From the NCBI RefSeq assembly GCF_000150275.1, contig NW_002060950.1:420046-484045 (forward strand): a stretch of DNA of 64,000 nt, written 5' to 3'. Under the pieces are notes generated by a model. The model made no database searches, had not been told where the DNA came from, and saw only the letters and a program-made list of their open reading frames with translations. Made by a program: the position numbers and the translations under genes. Origin of the DNA: Trichoplax adhaerens. Taxonomy: Eukaryota > Animalia > Placozoa. Positions 59,701 through 64,000 of this stretch are shown here, one piece after another. The stretch's first letter is position 1, and the number at the start of each line of letters is the position of its first letter.

Positions 59701-61654
59701 TATTCAGGAATGATTTTCGTATTTGTTTTAAAGGTATAGTTTTGGGGCAAAATATGATCTAGTAATAGCCATATTAGATAATAGAATTCTTTTCTTAGGT
59801 CGAAAATGAAAAAGTAGCAAAATCCCTATGTGATTGTGCTACTAAATTGAGTGCAATTATGAGAGAAGATGCAGTGATTAAGAAAGATATGAGAACTAAG
59901 ATAGCCATGTTTGAAAGCGAAATAAAGTAAAGTATTGCTTTCGTTGTATATATTATTTTTGAAAGGCAATGTTGCAATAATGTAAAATTGTATGACCTTT
60001 ATTTTATCTTTAAATAATACTATAACTGATGATACTGTAAAGAACACTTGCAAGTCTACTTAAAAAGAAGGTAAATATGCTGTATCTTAAGCTAACGCCA
60101 TCATAAGATGCATAGCATACAATTTACATTGATTCTCTTTGTAATTTTAGAATCTTGACAATCGTGTCAATAAGTTGATATCATTATGGACTAAATTGCG
60201 GAGAGAGGATTTAGAACCCATAAGCTCTGGTAGCTTGCAAAATAATCCATCTGAAAAGTATTATGACAAATAATTACGTTTCAATAAAAACTATACAATA
60301 TGAATTTTTATTAATATTATTTTTCATAGTTATAACTGTGAAAAACGTCTAGCAATCATAATATATTATTTATAGGACTATACAGATGTTGAATAACTTA
60401 CAAGGCAGGATAAAGGCTATTTTTAGTTATCTTTTTCCGGCAAATGCTGTTAGTAGGATAAATATGAATTTAAAATGTTTTACTTTTAATAGGAGCATTG
60501 TATTGACAAGAACTCGCTTAAACATTATTATTCAATTTATTTAACATATAGATTAATTCTGAGGAACTTCCTGGCAACCTAGAAAAAATTTATGGCATAC
60601 TTAAGCAGAGACTAGATGATTATAAAGATTTTGTCCTGGTTAAAGGATCTTACAATAATGAAATTGGATTGTAAGTAAATAATGCATTCTTAAACCATTA
60701 ATACATGCTTGTAAACTTGATTAATTCATGACGATTTTTATACAATTTTATACAGTTATAATGACACTTGTCCTAGACTTTTGCACTTTGTCTTTCTAAA
60801 TCGTACAACCGGAAAAATAATTACACCTTATATTGATACTGGTGTAAGTAGAGTAATAAGAATAAAAAACAGCAGCATTACTGTTATTTCTTCAATCTAA
60901 GTAAATTTATCCAATTTCAGGAATGTGCGGCAAGAGATGTGAATTTTGCAGTTGTAAGAATGAACATCTTGGGATATATTAGCTCTTAAAAGGAAATTGT
61001 TGTTTGTCAATGATGATAATAAAGATCTTCTCATTGTATTGTACTTAGGTAAAAGAATTAAGGCAATTTGGTATCTTTGCTTTAAAGTGTGGATGCAATT
61101 ACGTAGCTGTTAGAAAAGAAGATTTTTTTTGTACATACCGTATGTGGTTCGAAGGGAAATCGGTAAGCAAGAAATATATATATTCACAAATCTATTTCCA
61201 ATATTCTCGATAGTACGCTCGCAGGTATTTTCCTTACTTCATTAGTAACGGTTACAATCTTAAAATGTCAAACTTTACTCGAAATTAACTTGGAATAGCC
61301 AATAAGCTTTCTTCTGACTTTCGTAGAATTCAGTAGTAGAGCCGGAACGTATCATCAAAATAGGAAACATTTATCCACTTGGAACAGTTTGCGGCGATAC
61401 ATTTATGTAATTTTTTGATAAGACGAATGTAACCAATAATAATATAATATTTACTTTTCATAATGTACCTTTTCAGGAGCCTAACTAGGTATGGATTTCC
61501 GTCAATGTCATCGTCAGTACAATGCTACGAACTATTTACCATACATAGTAATACGCTAACCGAGGATATGATCACACTGGAGAATAATTTTTTAATCAAG
61601 ATGTTGAAAGAAGAATCAAATCTTGAGAAGGATTCAATATTAAATACTCTATGA
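56709..61654 (+). CDS. HPS1: Hermansky-Pudlak syndrome 1 protein (BLOC-3 subunit) homolog, multi-exon
   Basis: MKGIIIMSDASEIIFWSAD (cf. human MKCVLVATEGAEVLFYWTD); FYVGIDGDETVQEDTILRKI..LHYGL; EQAFLFEAIERV; QHAMLLQNHKIISTYS; PRLLHFVFLNRTTGKIITP; PLGTVCGD; VQCYELFTIHS...ILNTL*. Confidence 0.88.
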
Positions 61655-62716
61655 TTCACAAACTGTTTATTGTATATCCATGAATATAATAATCATTATA
61701 AATGAATTTATTACTCATGAAATTTTTTTAATTGTCTTTTTTACGGATATTTTATTCGATTTGAGAGATTAGCCAATAAGAGATTGCAGAGAACTACAAA
61801 TTAATTGAGCTATGATTATTAATAGTAAATTAAGACGTATTTATATTTCTGATACCAGTTTCTAAGATTATGTAACGTAGAATGATATCGATTTTTGATA
61901 TTATGTCAATAGAAATATGTATGCCTAGTTACTTATGCCACTGATTGAGCAGATACCTAATTAATAAATATTGCAACGTTCGATAGTTTGTGCAGTGTCA
62001 TACCATCTTTATATACTACAGGTATGAATTGCCGAATAGATGCTGCGCCTCTTTCGAAATGTTCGCAATCCAAAATCAAGTATTGAATTACATGCCTAAC
62101 CATAGCGATAATTCTAACAGATTGCATTAGCTGATTTAATGTTTCAACATTAGAGCAGAAAATAAAAATATCGTACATGCAATATTGTACTATCTGTATG
62201 GAAATACTTACCCTGGAAATAGCAACTAACGAAAATCAAGAATTGCTATGTCATGGTACGTACTTTATGTGATGGAGGTTTCGAAAAGTCTGCGGACGTG
62301 GACTCCTTAGGCATTTCACAATAATGATACGAAGGGTTATTAGAAAGAGAGATATTTATTGTAAAGAATAACTAGGTACAGTGTGGTAGTTACTGGTAGA
62401 TCAGCGTATAAGCTGTCGTGAAGTAACGTTTGTAGATACCAGCACTAACAAATGCAACTGAACAAATTTGAGGCAGAAATCATCAGTATTTATAATTTTA
62501 GAGAGAGAATACATACAGAGAACAATGTTGTAAATTATATACTTCATATACCATAAACAAACTATACAATAGTAAATGATTGTAGGAAATAGCGAAGACT
62601 GTAGGTGCTATAAATAACTAAACATGACAAACTATATTTGAGCATAGTTGAAATAGACTGTTTGACAGGTCTATCAAATGGTAATACTATCCGTTAAATG
62701 AGCACATTATCGTAAA

Positions 62717-62747
62717 CCGTCAGCAAAGCGACGGGAGTTTGCACTAG
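62717..62747 (+). mobile_element. Helitron-like 3' terminus, same family as the 8.6-kb copies
   Basis: CCGTCagcaaagcGACGGgagtttgcaCTAG|T; the core is identical to the copy at ~8637-8660. Confidence 0.6.
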
Positions 62748-62842
62748 TACTTATGAAAAAATCAGAATCGACAATATTCAAATACTGCTTAAGATAGATA
62801 TAATGCAGATAATAATTTCTAATATAGCGAGTCTGTTAAAAA

Positions 62843-62892
62843 NNNNNNNNNNNNNNNNNNNNNNNNNNNNNNNNNNNNNNNNNNNNNNNNNN
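62843..62892. other. Assembly gap (50 N)
   Basis: Run of N characters. Confidence 1.
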
Positions 62893-63039
62893 AGATAATT
62901 TTCAGCTATTAGCGCAATGTTTTCATATTTTGTTACGGTATTCTATAACTGTAATTAATACTGAGATTAGGGTTTATACATAGAAGAGATGGATAACATT
63001 GAGGACTGTATCCTTGGTGACACGGTGTTCTTGACGTAC

Positions 63040-63360
63040 GCTACAGTACACACAGTACAAAGTAAAATTTGCTAGCGTACAGTACTGTACTGTACTGTAC
63101 TGTACAGTACAGTATACGAATGTACTGTACAGTACAGTATACGAATGTACTGTAAAGTACAGTATCATGGACACTAGAAAAAGTCCAGGCTTTTTCTAGT
63201 TGCTCATAAAGCATACAGTACAGTATACTGTACACTACATTATCATATCAGAGTCTGGCATCACTGTCGTCAACACTAATTAATTATAGGGTTTAATCAA
63301 CACAGTAGTTATAATTAATTAATCAACTGTACTGTACAGTGTACACTGTGTACAGACAGT
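63040..63360. repeat. TACAG/TACTG arrays upstream of the OATP gene
   Basis: tacagtactgtactgtactgtactgtacagtacagta at ~63078-63114 and further patches to 63360. Confidence 0.88.
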
Positions 63361-63459
63361 ATAATTCCATTTTAGCATAATCTACTTTTTACATTGAAAG
63401 GGTGCTTGGAGATTTACAGTTAATTAATTTATTATTTTATAAAGAAGTAAAATAAAAGA

Positions 63460-64000
63460 ATGGTTGCAAGGTCATCTAAAACGTCTGAAATAGCAACTTT
63501 ACGAACTGATGGAATCTGTAGTGCTCAAGAAAATTCTATAGATGATCAAACATATCAATATAGGTATGGATGGGGTTGTTTCCATCCTCAGTATATTCAG
63601 CTATTCAATTCTCAGAAATGGTTAATGGCTTTTATCGGCATTTATATTTTCATTTCCGGTATTCAAACTACCGGACTTGGAGGTGTCGTTATTACATCAC
63701 TGGAAACTCGGTATGAATTACGTAGCGCTGAGACTGGCTTGTTTACTAGCTCATATGAAGTAGCCGCAGCGATTTGCGGCCTAGTAATTAGTTATTATGC
63801 TGGTCAAAGACATAAGGGAAAATTTATTGCAACGGGATCGGTAATGGCAGGATTAGGAGCGGTTGCATTTGTATCACCGCATTTCTTTAGTGGCAAATAT
63901 AGCCCTATCAACAGTGAAATTACCAGTAACTTATGCTTTGAAAGTTTAAATAAGAGTATCGCTTCTAATACATCATCAGTTTGTAATTCCTATATCGCGT
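63460..64000 (+). CDS. Organic anion transporting polypeptide, SLCO4-like (5' part; runs off window)
   Basis: Open frame from ATG 63460 to window end: YGWGCFHPQYIQLFN..GVVITSLETRYELRSAETGLFTSSYEVAAAICGLVISYYAGQRHKGKFIATG..FVSPHFFSGKY, a typical OATP4 N-terminus. Absent from the ORF track because there is no stop in the window. Confidence 0.92.
   Translation, partial: MVARSSKTSEIATLRTDGICSAQENSIDDQTYQYRYGWGCFHPQYIQLFNSQKWLMAFIGIYIFISGIQTTGLGGVVITSLETRYELRSAETGLFTSSYEVAAAICGLVISYYAGQRHKGKFIATGSVMAGLGAVAFVSPHFFSGKYSPINSEITSNLCFESLNKSIASNTSSVCNSYIA

Noticed and set aside
61957-62178. 73-aa minus-strand ORF
   Set aside because: No recognisable homology or exon context.

Overview
AT-rich, intron-dense eukaryotic (animal) genomic DNA. 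The short GT-AG introns, compact genes and abundant (CAGTA)n/(TACTG)n arrays suggest a placozoan such as Trichoplax, but this is inference. I hand-assembled these protein-coding genes from exons and splice sites: RPB2/POLR2B (-), a very large vinculin/alpha-catenin (VIN) family gene (-), an intronless Brinker-DBD + CENP-B-HTH gene (+), a divergent alpha-catenin-like gene (+), WDR34/DYNC2I2 (-), ACADSB (+), HPS1 (+) and the 5' part of an SLCO4-type OATP (+). Mobile and repeat content: a TA-flanked Tc1/mariner-type MITE, a non-autonomous Helitron carrying a PIF1-helicase remnant in ACADSB intron 1, further Helitron 3' ends, a 143->170-bp satellite, a 188-bp duplication and a 50-N gap. Most interesting: (1) nearly every gene 5' end carries mixed-orientation TA-CAG/TA-CTG/TA-CGG arrays that look like iterated Tc1/mariner excision footprints; (2) the vinculin-like protein has four extra tandem M-domain-like helical bundles and two long disordered linkers; (3) two VIN-family genes sit head-to-head around a ~15-kb gene-poor interval that holds only a candidate domesticated pogo-type DNA-binding gene. 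Exon boundaries were read by eye and need RNA-seq confirmation.
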